Source of the DNA: Eledone cirrhosa
Lineage: Eukaryota
Assembly: GCA_964016885.1 (NCBI GenBank)
Contig: OZ024747.1
Coordinates: forward strand, 45,198,001-45,262,000
Reading direction: 5' to 3'
DNA length: 64,000 nucleotides
Shown here: one piece after another, positions 1 to 12,168 of the stretch
How the letters are laid out: the number at the start of each line of letters is the position of its first letter
Position numbering within the stretch: position 1 is the first letter of the stretch
Made by a program: the position numbers and the translations under genes
The notes under the pieces: generated by a model
What the model was told of the DNA's origin: nothing
Database searches by the model: none
Seen by the model: only the letters and a program-made list of their open reading frames with translations

Positions 1-100
1 TACATATACATATATATACATATATATATACATATACATATACATATATATATACACATATACATAAATATAATATACATATATATACATATACATACAT

Positions 101-135
<35 letters not shown>

Positions 136-191
136 CATGTATATATACATATATACATATATATGTATATAATGTATATACACATATATAT

Positions 192-354
192 ACTCTGGAA
201 GTCGGTGAGCATGTCCAGCTAACACCAGTCTCCTCTGTTACACTTTTGAGCTGACTTTTGGGAGGCTCCCATACAGCTCTGAGTTTTTCATCCTAAGTGT
301 ATACTGATTAATGTTCAGAGCCACCCTCAGCATTCTCGTGTAGCACCCATCCCC
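192..354 (-). mobile_element. RTE-like LINE internal fragment (C-terminal part of ORF), same family as 54109-54790
   Basis: Translates [37 protein letters not shown], nearly identical to the 54109-54444 ORF; embedded in TA-rich microsatellite. Confidence 0.8.
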
Positions 355-589
355 CATCTCGGGAATTTTACCTGCCCTAGATAGATATATATATATACAC
401 ATATATATATATACATATATATACATATATATACATATACATATATATACATATATATGCAAAAGTTTTATTTAAAATTGTTGGGTTACAACGAGTAAAT
501 ATTTTATAACTGATATAAAAGCACTCAACAGTTTCTGGAGTAGGTTTACGATATTAAACAAATGGAAACTATATTTATAAAACCATATT

Positions 590-655
590 TATTTCGTTAT
601 ATATATTTCTGGGATATCATATTAAAAATATGGTATGCCTTCCTCAGACAAAATA
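590..655 (-). ncRNA. Type I hammerhead ribozyme motif (mirror copy in palindrome)
   Basis: Reverse complement of 884-949. Confidence 0.75.
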
Positions 656-883
656 CAATAAATAAGCTGTTTTATAAATAATTTTGACATACCTTATAAT
701 AATGCAACTTCCATTTAAAAAGTTGATTTGGTAGTGAAACTGTTATGACAGTTATATAGAAAGAAAAACGTTTTTCTTTCTATATAACTGTCATAACAGT
801 TTCACTACCAAATCAACTTTTTAAATGGAAGTTGCATTATTATAAGGTATGTCAAAATTATTTATAAAACAGCTTATTTATTG

Positions 884-949
884 TATTTTGTCTGAGGAAG
901 GCATACCATATTTTTAATATGATATCCCAGAAATATATATAACGAAATA
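884..949 (+). ncRNA. Type I hammerhead ribozyme motif
   Basis: Stem I tattttgt/acgaaata; CTGAGGA 892-898; stem II hairpin (catatt-ttt-aatatg core); GAAA 930-933; palindromic stem III tatata; TA cleavage site; overlapping AATAAA. Confidence 0.8.
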
Positions 950-995
950 AATATGGTTTTATAAATATAGTTTCCATTTGTTTAATATCGTATAC

Positions 996-1322
<327 letters not shown>

Positions 1323-1323
1323 T

Positions 1324-1548
1324 GGATGTTGCAGACATTGTCTACCTACCCGGGTCATGAGGGGGTTTGAGGGCGAGGTAAGTCCTACGCAATCAGTGTT
1401 TACATGCGGTTACAAGTTCGTCTTTTTTGTTTAGCAGTTGGTCCTTCATAGACAGCATTTGTATTGTTCCCTCCAAGTATAATTTACACAGACGGCACCC
1501 TCCCATGTAGGAGTTAGCCCGGGTGGGTAGACAATGACTGCAACATCC
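1324..1548. mobile_element. Small element with 31-bp terminal inverted repeats (MITE-like)
   Basis: ggatgttgcagacattgtctacctacccggg (1324-1354) vs cccgggtgggtagacaatgactgcaacatcc (1518-1548), 2 mismatches. Confidence 0.55.
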
Positions 1549-1637
1549 TTCTTTTCCCCACTTGCCGAACAAGATTGAGTATTGAGTACTCTGGTGCATT
1601 ATCATCCATCTGGTTCCTTACCACACTTCCTTCGTTC

Positions 1638-1677
<40 letters not shown>

Positions 1678-1678
1678 T

Positions 1679-1817
1679 ATATTTATTAAAATAACAGATT
1701 AAAGTTTAAGCAAAGAATCGCTGCTTTCACCCTTAACGGGATCTTCTCAGAAGATCCCGTTAAGGGTGAAAGCAGCGATTCTTTGCTTAAACTTTAAACT
1801 GTTATTTTAATAAATAT
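1679..1817. repeat. 139-bp near-perfect palindrome centred at 1748, made of two hammerhead 3' parts fused at the catalytic core
   Basis: Arms are reverse complements with one mismatch; arm sequence matches 29037-29104. Confidence 0.9.
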
Positions 1818-2070
1818 TTGCTCTACGGTTCTTATATATTTGATATATATTTATCCTTATCGAGCCCTCTTTGGATTTTAGTCTTCAAATTTATTATTAT
1901 TACATATATATATAGAGAGTTTTATTCTTTTACTGGTTTCAGTCATTTGAATGTAGGGATATCAATACAAGTACTTATTTGTTTAAGTCAGGTATTTATT
2001 TTAGTAATCAATTTTTATTTGTTGAACCACTAAGTCATGAAAAACACACATATATATATGTATGTATGAT

Positions 2071-2402
2071 CATCATGTTACGTCCGCTTTTCCCTGCTTG
2101 CAAGGGTGGGACGGGAACTGATTCTAGCTTGATTTCTACAGCTGGATGCCCTTCCTAACACCAACCTCATTTACAGTGAGTGTTGGGTGCTTTTGTTCCA
2201 TGGCGCCTACACGTCCAATTTACAGTGGAATGATAGGGACCCCTGTCCCTATCATCTCATTTCTACAGCTGACTGAGTAAACTGGAGCAATATGAAATAA
2301 AGTGTCTTGCTCAAGGAAACAACACATCACTCGGTCTGAGAATTGAACTCACAACCTTTCGATTGCAAGCCTAATGCTCTAACCATTAAGCCATATGCCT
2401 CC
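2071..2402 (-). mobile_element. tRNA-headed SINE family 1 (CORE-like body, RTE-derived tail)
   Basis: Matches 11258-11602 in reverse orientation. Confidence 0.9.
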
Positions 2403-2533
2403 ACATATGTACATATATATGTACATATATTTTATTTACTAGTCAAATTTCATCTGGTGACTATTCAGAACTGTTGTGCCCAGCCATCAAGTGAAACTTT
2501 TATTGCAAGTAACCATCACTCATCGATATAGTA

Positions 2534-2593
<60 letters not shown>

Positions 2594-4585
2594 TGTGTGT
2601 GTGTGTGTGTGTTTGAAACAGCTAGGTAGAAGAACCAAGAATGCTTCTTTCTTCATTGATTCTTTACTTGTTTCCCTCTACTCAGGTCATATTCCATCTG
2701 ATGTAGTTCTGTCATTTCTCTCAGCCATCACAGTTGAACATAGCAACGCATTGTTGTTGAATTTATTCATTTAATTATTTATAACAACCAGCTTATTATT
2801 ATGTCTTTGTAATGTTTCTATTATTCGGCCTGCAGAACACATTCATCACATTTGGCTCCTTAATTTCTAATGACTGTTATCCTCTATGGTCCATAGTTTA
2901 CTCTCATAGCACTATCTCATAGAAATAAAGGAATTTATTGCCATAGACAGTCTGTGTGACGAAACAAAATGAAAAGTAAACAATAATAAAAACAATTAAC
3001 AACTACAACAAAAATAATGTCTTTGTAGTTATAATGTTTACAAAAACAATCGGCTGTTGGATAATAACACACTTAGAAAAAAAAAAAAAAATCAAAACAA
3101 AAACAAAACAAAAACCGTTGTGCTCTTCCGTACTGATATAGAATTTTGACATAAATCACCATCATCATTATTTTCTGTCCGCTCTCCATACAGGTATTTA
3201 TTAGCTGGGTCCTGTCTCTCCAGGACAAGATGAGTTGGATAACCATGTATATTTAGATATGGTTTCTATGGCTGGATGTCTTTCATATTGCTAAGTCTTT
3301 ATAAAGTGCACTGTATTTATTGTATCATAACATCAGCTCTAGAATGATTGTCATGCAATTAATAAGTCTAAGAAACCTCTCTAACATTTATTATTTCTGA
3401 CTGAACTTTACAGAGTGTACTAGGTACAGTGTATTGTGGCAACAGCATTTGAGACACTACCAAAGCTTCAACAACACCATAGAGTCGTCTCTAACTGATG
3501 CTGTCTTAGTTCATCTGTCAACCACTTTACAGGGAGCACTAAGTACATTACCTCACCTATACTAGAAAGGTTGTCTCCTCTGCTGTAGATTAAAAGGGTT
3601 TCTCTACTTAATGCAGTCTTTTACATCTTCCCATATTGACATTTAGCATTGCAGTACTTGTAATAGAGGTGGTTGGATAATTTTAATATGGCAAGTCACC
3701 AGTCATCATTATTTTGTGTCATTTCCCTTGTGAGATTCAGTTTCTTTGGGGTCATACCATATAGGTATACAATTTATATGAAAAATGGAAGGATTCTTTA
3801 GAATATTTGGAGTTCTCATTAATGTAAATACCAGACAGCTAGTTTCTGTAAGAAAAATCTTCACTTGATAATAAATTTTGATTTTAGTTATACATAAAAT
3901 CTATATATACATGAGTTTAGGTATGTCTGTGCAACTAAGAAATTTGCAACTATTTTCACATAACTCGTACAAAACATGTAATTACGATGGCCAAAGCACA
4001 ATAGTGTGATTTTTTAAAACGTTAATTCTGAAGTTATTGTGCTGTAGAAAGCATATTTAAATAATTGTTAATGTTGGAGCTTAACCTCAGGTGAAATCTG
4101 ATTGAACATAACATTTCAATTGTTTCTATTCTGTTCTAAATGTATTTAGAAAAACATTATCTAATTTTTTTCTAGTTTTTTTCTACACAGTAAGGTATAG
4201 TTTGCAAGAGATTTTGCTGCCATGTCTAGCAAGTCAAACAGCCAGATAGAGATTATTCTAAATAACTGAACATACACTGTAGTGGTATTTAAATATTTTG
4301 TTTTTACTCATAGCACACTTTAGAGCAAATAAAAATATTTCAATGCATGTTGCACCATGAGAAATTTCACCTAGTCCACTCTGTATATGGATAGTGTTGG
4401 TGTCATGAAAAACGCCCCAACCAAGTACACCCTGTAATGTGATAAGCATTAGGAAGGCCATCCAGCTGTAGAAATCATGCCAAATATTCAAAACAATTGC
4501 CAAGATTGGTGGCTCCAACTAATCTAGTCTCAAACCATGACAACTTGTCTAACCTATTCCAATGTGAAAAGCAGATGTATGATGA

Positions 4586-4769
4586 TAATTGTTTCTACTT
4601 TAGGCACAAGGCTAGCAATTACCCAGTTCATTACTGGTACTTTATTTTATCGACCCCGTAAGGATGAAAGGCAAAGTCAATCTCGGCAGGATTTGAACTC
4701 AGATCGTAAAGGGACGTAACTATGCTGGAAAGCATGGCGTCCGACACTCTACCTATACTGCCAATCCAC
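4586..4769 (-). mobile_element. tRNA-headed SINE family 2 (Nin/Deu-domain-like)
   Basis: Minus strand has B-box gagttcaaatcc then gcctttcatccttacggggtcgataaaataaagtaccag; many copies in window. Confidence 0.85.
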
Positions 4770-5384
4770 ATGATAATGATAATGACTTGTGCATAAAGTA
4801 AAAAAAAAAATGTATTTAAAATAGGTATTTATATATTTTAGCCAATAGATATAAATAATTTACTGGCATTACTACAGAAAATTATTTAGCATTTATTTCT
4901 TTATTCAATAAATCAAGTATAGATTTTAGGTTTCTGTGTTACACTGTATTTAAAATATAATGTTATATGGACAGTGCACCTAGCTGCATATCATGGTGCA
5001 CCAATACACTATGGTCCATCATTTCAGGGACTATTGCTATACTGTGTTAGAAGGTATTTACTGATTGTTTAGTGTTTATGCTGATGCACTTATTGTGAGA
5101 ATAGGAAGAGAAATAATGTTTTTAAACAATATATAATTAAAATAACTAATTCTGACAGATACAAGGTCAGAAAATCTGTGTAGGGAGAGTTAATCACATC
5201 AGCCCTGGTAATTGACTGCTACTTTATTTTATAAAAATGAAAAAGAAAGTTGGCCTCCATGAGATTTGAACTCAGAAGGTAAAGAGCTGAATCTAAATAC
5301 TATGTAGCATTTGGTCTGACGCCTTAATAATTGTGCCAATTCTTTTCCTTGACAAATAATGTAATTATATATAATACAAATAAT

Positions 5385-5571
5385 TGTTTCTAGTTTTGGC
5401 ACAAGGCCAGCAATTACCCAGTGTATTTCTGGTACTTTATTTTATCGACCCTGTAAGGATGAAAGGCAAAGTTAACCTCGGCGGGATTTGAACTCAGACC
5501 ATAAAGGGCCGTAACTCTTTGCTGCAAAACATGGCGTCCGACCCTCTACCAATACTGTCAATCCACCGCCC
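5385..5571 (-). mobile_element. SINE family 2, full length, with target-site duplication
   Basis: Flanked on both sides by a near-identical (t)tatataatacaaataat direct repeat. Confidence 0.9.
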
Positions 5572-6146
5572 TTATATAATACAAATAATGTTAAAGTTTA
5601 GATGAAACCAAACATTTTGGGTGTGGAAACCAATTATATCAGCCCCTGTATTTGAATGATATATTGTTTCTTTAACCACAAAGAAATAAAAGACAAAATT
5701 GACCTCGGCAGAATTTGATCTCAGAACGTAAAGGATGTGAACAAATACTGCAAAGCATTTTTTTCCAATGCTCTACTGATTCTAACAATTTACCACCATT
5801 ATAATTACTATAATAACAGGATGACATTAGTAAAGATATATACACAATATTATACAAGAGGTTACATTATGAGAGGGAAATGAAAGAATAACTCTATATA
5901 ATTCAGCCTATAGATTATCACTATTCAAATTAACAGTTATCATTGAATCCTATGCATGACATAATGCGATGTGTTGAAGTTATTAAGGCAGCTTTGTATT
6001 TCAAAGTTGACTGAGTAGAACACATTTCGAGGAGGACATTACAATTTTCACAGTTAAAATATTACTAGAAATATGTTTGATCATAATGCAGAAGTAAACC
6101 TGTGAAAGCAGAAAATATTCAATTATATATAATCATATACAATTAT

Positions 6147-6224
<78 letters not shown>

Positions 6225-7147
6225 AGATATAGATAGTTAGATGTTTAAAATCCCGATCATTATTACTACTACATATGTGTGTGGTTGTATATGTGTATTT
6301 CTATGTAAAGTTATATTTGAGTGTGTGCATGTGTATATAAGCTTTTATTTATATATATATATGTGTATATACAATTATACACACAAATATATTTACATAA
6401 ACATAAATGGATAAATCAAATCTTTAATATATAATATATGTAGGCAGAAATAAATATATAAATATATACATATATGGAATAGGGCACACATTAAGTTATG
6501 AATTAAATTATCTTTGACAAATCGGTTAAAAGTTATAAAAGTGAAATATAATTTTGCTATTGATTTTTAATTTTGCTTTCAATTTAAGTTTCACTTTCCT
6601 TTTGACTATTATTGTTGTTATTTTTTTCATTCTTTCTCTTTTTCTACCTTTCTGTTTTTTTCCTATGCAAAGAGATATTAATTTACTTTTATTACTATCA
6701 CCAAAATAATACGAGAACCCCAATAGATGAAATGCCAACATATCAAATCAAAACAATATAATATGTTTAGAGGCAAGAGCAGAATAATATCTTTACAAAC
6801 TAAGGTTTAGTTTTTGAAATGTTTTTTTTATTTTTGTGTAATGTAAAAATAAAATTAATCTCATGGGCAGCAATAAATATTGTTTTAAGAGAGTCAGATT
6901 AACAAATTATATTACTAAAATTCCTCTTTTAGAAACACAGAATATATATATATATATAATACATATCTATATACACATACATAAACACACACACACATAT
7001 ATATTTGCATATCCTCATCACACATATGTATATATATATAGGCACATACATTTAAATTTCTAAATGAGAGGAACGGGGCATTTAATATATATATACTAGA
7101 GATTTAATTGAAGCTGAGGTTTCTCTTTTCTCTTTGTCACTCCTTAC

Positions 7148-8000
<853 letters not shown>

Positions 8001-8310
8001 ATGCTATGGTTACATAGCTTCTAATTGAAGGGAAGGAAGCATCACATTGGTCTGGCAAACCGAAGATGTGGGTTCGTAACCTATGTTTGTCAATACTCAT
8101 CCTTTTTTCCATTCAGAGGGTTTTTTAAAATCCCAACTAACACTAATTCTATTTAGCCAAATATGGCGTAAGCACATGTTACTACTCAATTTATATATAT
8201 ATATATTATATATATTTTAATAAATATTTGCTCTACGGTTCTTATATATTTGATATATATTTATCCTTATCGACTTCTCTTTGGATTTTAGTCTTCAAAT
8301 TTATTATTAT

Positions 8311-8350
<40 letters not shown>

Positions 8351-8354
<4 letters not shown>

Positions 8355-8698
8355 TCATCATCATCATCATTTCATTTTACGTCCGCTTTTTCCCTGCTTG
8401 CAAGGGTGGGACGGGAATTGATGCTGGCTTGATTTCTACAGCTGGATGCCCTTCCTAACACCAACCTCATTTACAGTGAGTGCTGGGTGCTTTTTTGTCG
8501 TGGCACCTCCACGACCACTTTGCAGTGGAATGATAAGGACCCCAGTCCCTATCATCTCATTTCTACAGCTGAGTAAACTGGAGCAATGGGAAATAAAGTG
8601 TCTTGCTCAAGGAAACAACACATCACCCGGTCTGAGAATTGAACTCACAACCTTTCGATTGCAAGGCCAATGCTCTAACCACTAAGCCATGTGCCTCC
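8351..8698 (-). mobile_element. SINE family 1
   Basis: Head ggaggcacatggcttagtggttagagc on minus strand, (ATG)n tail. Confidence 0.9.
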
Positions 8699-8719
8699 AT
8701 AACAATATATATATATATA

Positions 8720-9457
8720 TATTGTTATACTTGGGGAGGGTCATATTTGTGTAATAATATTGCCAGAATTAATAACAGAACACACTCACTGTTTGGTTGG
8801 TTTTCGCATCTGTGTCTTTTATATCGGTTAATTTAATTTATTCGGTCCTCAATGTTACCATTGACTGACCAACGGTCAAAAATACAGATACAATATAGAC
8901 ACAAACACATATATATAGTCTAAAAAAGTTCTTTCGTTGTACATCTGCAACATCGTCAGTGGTGCTATTATGTTTCCTCCATTGCTATTATGCCTATGCC
9001 ATCTTTATTTAGTCTGTTTATTTTATTTTATTTTATCTTTTTCTTTGTCTTCTCTACGCATGCGTTTGCGCGTGTGTATAGTGTTTTGTTTGATGTGTGT
9101 TCGTGTTTGGGTGACTGTGTATTGGTTATTGTATTCTATCTTAGTTTACTAGTGTGTGTTTATATGTGTTTGTTGTTATTGTGCTTGTGTATGTATTTAT
9201 TTATTTATTTATACTTCTCTTAGGTCAGTGTTGTTTGTTTGGGTGTTGTTATTCCATTCATTTTTTCTGTTTAGCCTTGGCCTTCTGAGTTCTATTTCGC
9301 TGGCCTCTCAGATTTGCCTATCTGCTGGGTCATTTCTATGTTTAGATATTATTCTAATTTCTATGTTGTCTATGTTACCGTCGTGTTGTTGTCTGGCATG
9401 TTCGTATAGTACTGAACCGTATAGAAATTAGAATAATATCTAAACATAGAAATGACA
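8720..9457 (-). mobile_element. Penelope-like element 3' fragment: GIY-YIG endonuclease C-terminus (about 9250-9418) plus downstream terminal repeat
   Basis: Manual translation GSVLYEHARQQHDGNIDNIEIRIISKHRNDPADRQI*EASEIELRRPRLNRKNEW fits the PLE H..H / R.I.EA..I / P.LN pattern; 8720-8985 recurs at 10843-11100; short inversion 9329-9364 vs 9421-9456. Confidence 0.75.
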
Positions 9458-10434
9458 GGATATTTTTCAAATTCTTTTCTTATAGCTGAATCACCTATCT
9501 TAAATTTATAAAGAATAACTTCAACAATTCTCTATATTAAAGATGAATTTGGGTGTGCTTCTGCTGGTGGTGGTGGTGGTTAATGAGGTGTAAGATACAT
9601 GTCTTTTGATAAAAATGGGATGACAGTAAAAAGAGAAAAATAAGGATAGTTTTGGAATATTTGTTAGAAATGTATGTTGTTGATATTGGTTTTGGAGGGG
9701 TGGGGGGGGGGGGGGGATAATGCAGAGATATATATATATATATTCATGTATATTCATGTATAGATATATACACATATACACATATACATGCACATGCCTG
9801 TGCGCATGCCCATATACACGTATAAACCGACATACATCTGCCTGTATATCTGTGTGGAGTCACGGGGACACACACATTAGTCTGCGCCCCCACATACACC
9901 CATGTACCCCCCTCCCCACATACACCCATGTACATACAAATAGGAGCGGTAATAATAACAACAGTAATAATTAAGAGATGGTGTACAGATACATATAAAG
10001 AGTTATAAGTAGAAGAAAAGTGTTCAAATGGATTAATTTTGCTTGCCTGTGTGTTTGATTGAAGTATGGCTGTGAATTTCTAGGTATTTCTTAGGTTCTG
10101 CTCATCCACGTACCTGTTGAACAGGTGGGTGTGTTGGTGCAAACAGTCCATCACGATAAAGGGCCTCGCGTTTATACCATGTTTTTTTCAGTTTTATTAT
10201 TTCCACTGCTTCCGCAAGGCATAACCAGCAGTGTCTTCCTCCTCAGTGGAGCGGGGGTTCTTGTCTTATGACATCCTATTCAGTTTCTATTATATACACA
10301 CTGCCTGTGCATAGAGTGCTTGATTTGGTACCAACACCAGTATTTCATCATACTACCTACACTATATATATATATATATAAACAAAGATGTATGAAGCCG
10401 AATTTTTGGCTTTGAAGTGCTGTTAACATGTGTA

Positions 10435-10770
10435 TCATCATCATCACCATTTTACGTCTGTTCTTCCATGCTAATATGTGTTAGACATGTTGTTCTATTG
10501 TGGGCAGTGTCCAGTCAGCTGACCTTCTCTTGCTCATATGGGAACTGATTCTGGCTTGATTTCTACAGCTGGATGCCCTTCCTAACATCAACCTCATTTG
10601 CAGTGAGTGATGGGTGCTTTTTTTCCGTGGTGCCTACACGTCCACTTTACAGTGAGGGATGGGTGCTTTTTTGCAGTGGAACGATAGGGACTCCAGTCCT
10701 ATCATCTCATTTCTACAGCTGAGTGAACTGGAGCAATGTGAAATAAAGTGGCTTGCTCAAGGAAACAACA
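10435..10770 (-). mobile_element. SINE family 1 variant, 5'-truncated, with tail of the 12169 RTE family
   Basis: 10435-10535 matches 12169-12270; remainder matches the family 1 body. Confidence 0.8.
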
Positions 10771-10809
10771 TATGTATATATATATATATATATATATTTG
10801 TTTTGCGAG

Positions 10810-11251
10810 GTTTTTGATATGAAATTGTGTATCGAAACAAGTATTGTTATATTTGGGGAGAGTCATATTGTTGTAATAATAATATTGCCAGAAATAATAA
10901 CAGACACACTCACTGTTTGGTTGGTTTTCGCTTCTGTATCTTTTATATTTCCACAATTAATTCATTTGGTCCTCAATGTTTATCATTGACTGACCAACGG
11001 TCAAAAATACAGATATAAATACATATATATAGTCTAACAAAGTTCTTTTGTTGCACATCTGCAACATCATCAGTGGTACTATTATGTTTCCTCCTGTTGT
11101 ATTGTATGACTCCACCATTTTTATTTTGATAAACATTGAGGACCAAATGAATAATTAACTGTGGAGATATAAAAGATACAGAAGTGAAAACCAACCAAAC
11201 AGTGAGTGTGTTCGGTTATTATTTCTGGCAATATTATTATTACAACAATAT
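10810..11251. mobile_element. Penelope-like terminal repeat cassette with about 120-bp inverted arms
   Basis: 10865-10985 is the inverted copy of 11128-11251; homologous to 8720-8985. Confidence 0.7.
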
Positions 11252-11257
11252 ATATAT

Positions 11258-11602
11258 GGAGGCACATGGCTTAGTGGTTAGAGCATTGGCCTTGCAATCG
11301 AAAGGTTGTGAGTTCAATTCTCAGACCGGGTGATGTGTTGTTTCCTTGAGCAAGACACTTTATTTCACATTGCTCCAGTTTACTCAGCTGTAGAAATGAG
11401 ATGATAGGGACTTGGGTCCATATCATTCCACTGCAAAGTGGTCGTGGAGGTGCCACGGCAAAAAAGCACCCAGCACTCACTGTAAATGAGGTTGGTGTTA
11501 GGAAGGGTTCCAGCTGTAGAAATCAAGCCAGAATCAGTTCCCGTCCCACCCTTGCAAGCAGGGAAGAGTGGACGTAAAATGATGATGATGATGATGATGA
11601 TG
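11258..11602 (+). mobile_element. SINE family 1, full length
   Basis: A-box tggcttagtgg, B-box gagttcaattc, CORE-like ccttgagcaagacactt, RTE-type 3' end, (ATG)n tail. Confidence 0.9.
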
Positions 11603-12168
11603 AAAAGTATAAAGAAAGTGCTGAAACACAGAAATGCTGTAATGAAAGTTTATAAAATAGGGTGAAGACCCTTAAATGATGGCAAAAAAAGATGCCATTA
11701 GCTGCTATGAGCAATTGAATCCCATATCTTTCAGACACCAGCTTGACACTTTAACCATTAAGCTAAGGAGCCATGACAAATCCCTTCCCAACATTTTAAC
11801 TAGATTTAAATGGCTTACCTTGGTTTTTTACTTAATTTTAAATATATGTATATATACATATATATCAAAGTCTTTTCAAGATTTTTCCTTTTATTATTGC
11901 ATCCCTGTAGTTTGGAATACATTATTAATATTTCTCAACCTTCACAGTTTCAACTTCTAGTTGATGTGATATTTTCAGATTTTGCTGCTTCTTTATAATA
12001 AGCTGGATGAAAGTGATTAGTGTAGAAACTACAGTAAGAATATAACATTTCTGATTGTTAGATTTATATGTCGCCAGTCAGGCATTGCATCTTTGTTTAT
12101 CTTAGCATGGTCATTTGCTGTAAATACTGCTTATATCATTAACATGCACACACTTCACACACACACAC

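Larger units (their letters stand above)
547..992. repeat. 446-bp perfect palindrome with no spacer, centred at 769/770
   Basis: 547-769 is the reverse complement of 770-992 (centre gaaaaac|gtttttc). Confidence 0.95.

Noticed and set aside
10180-10255. Minus-strand tcca-CTGAGGA...tgga possible hammerhead
   Set aside because: No GAAA or stem III-UH in the right place; at most a deleted relic
11258-11330. tRNA-like sequences at SINE heads (also 8040-8095)
   Set aside because: A/B boxes are present but there is no complete cloverleaf; they continue into SINE bodies, so not called tRNA genes
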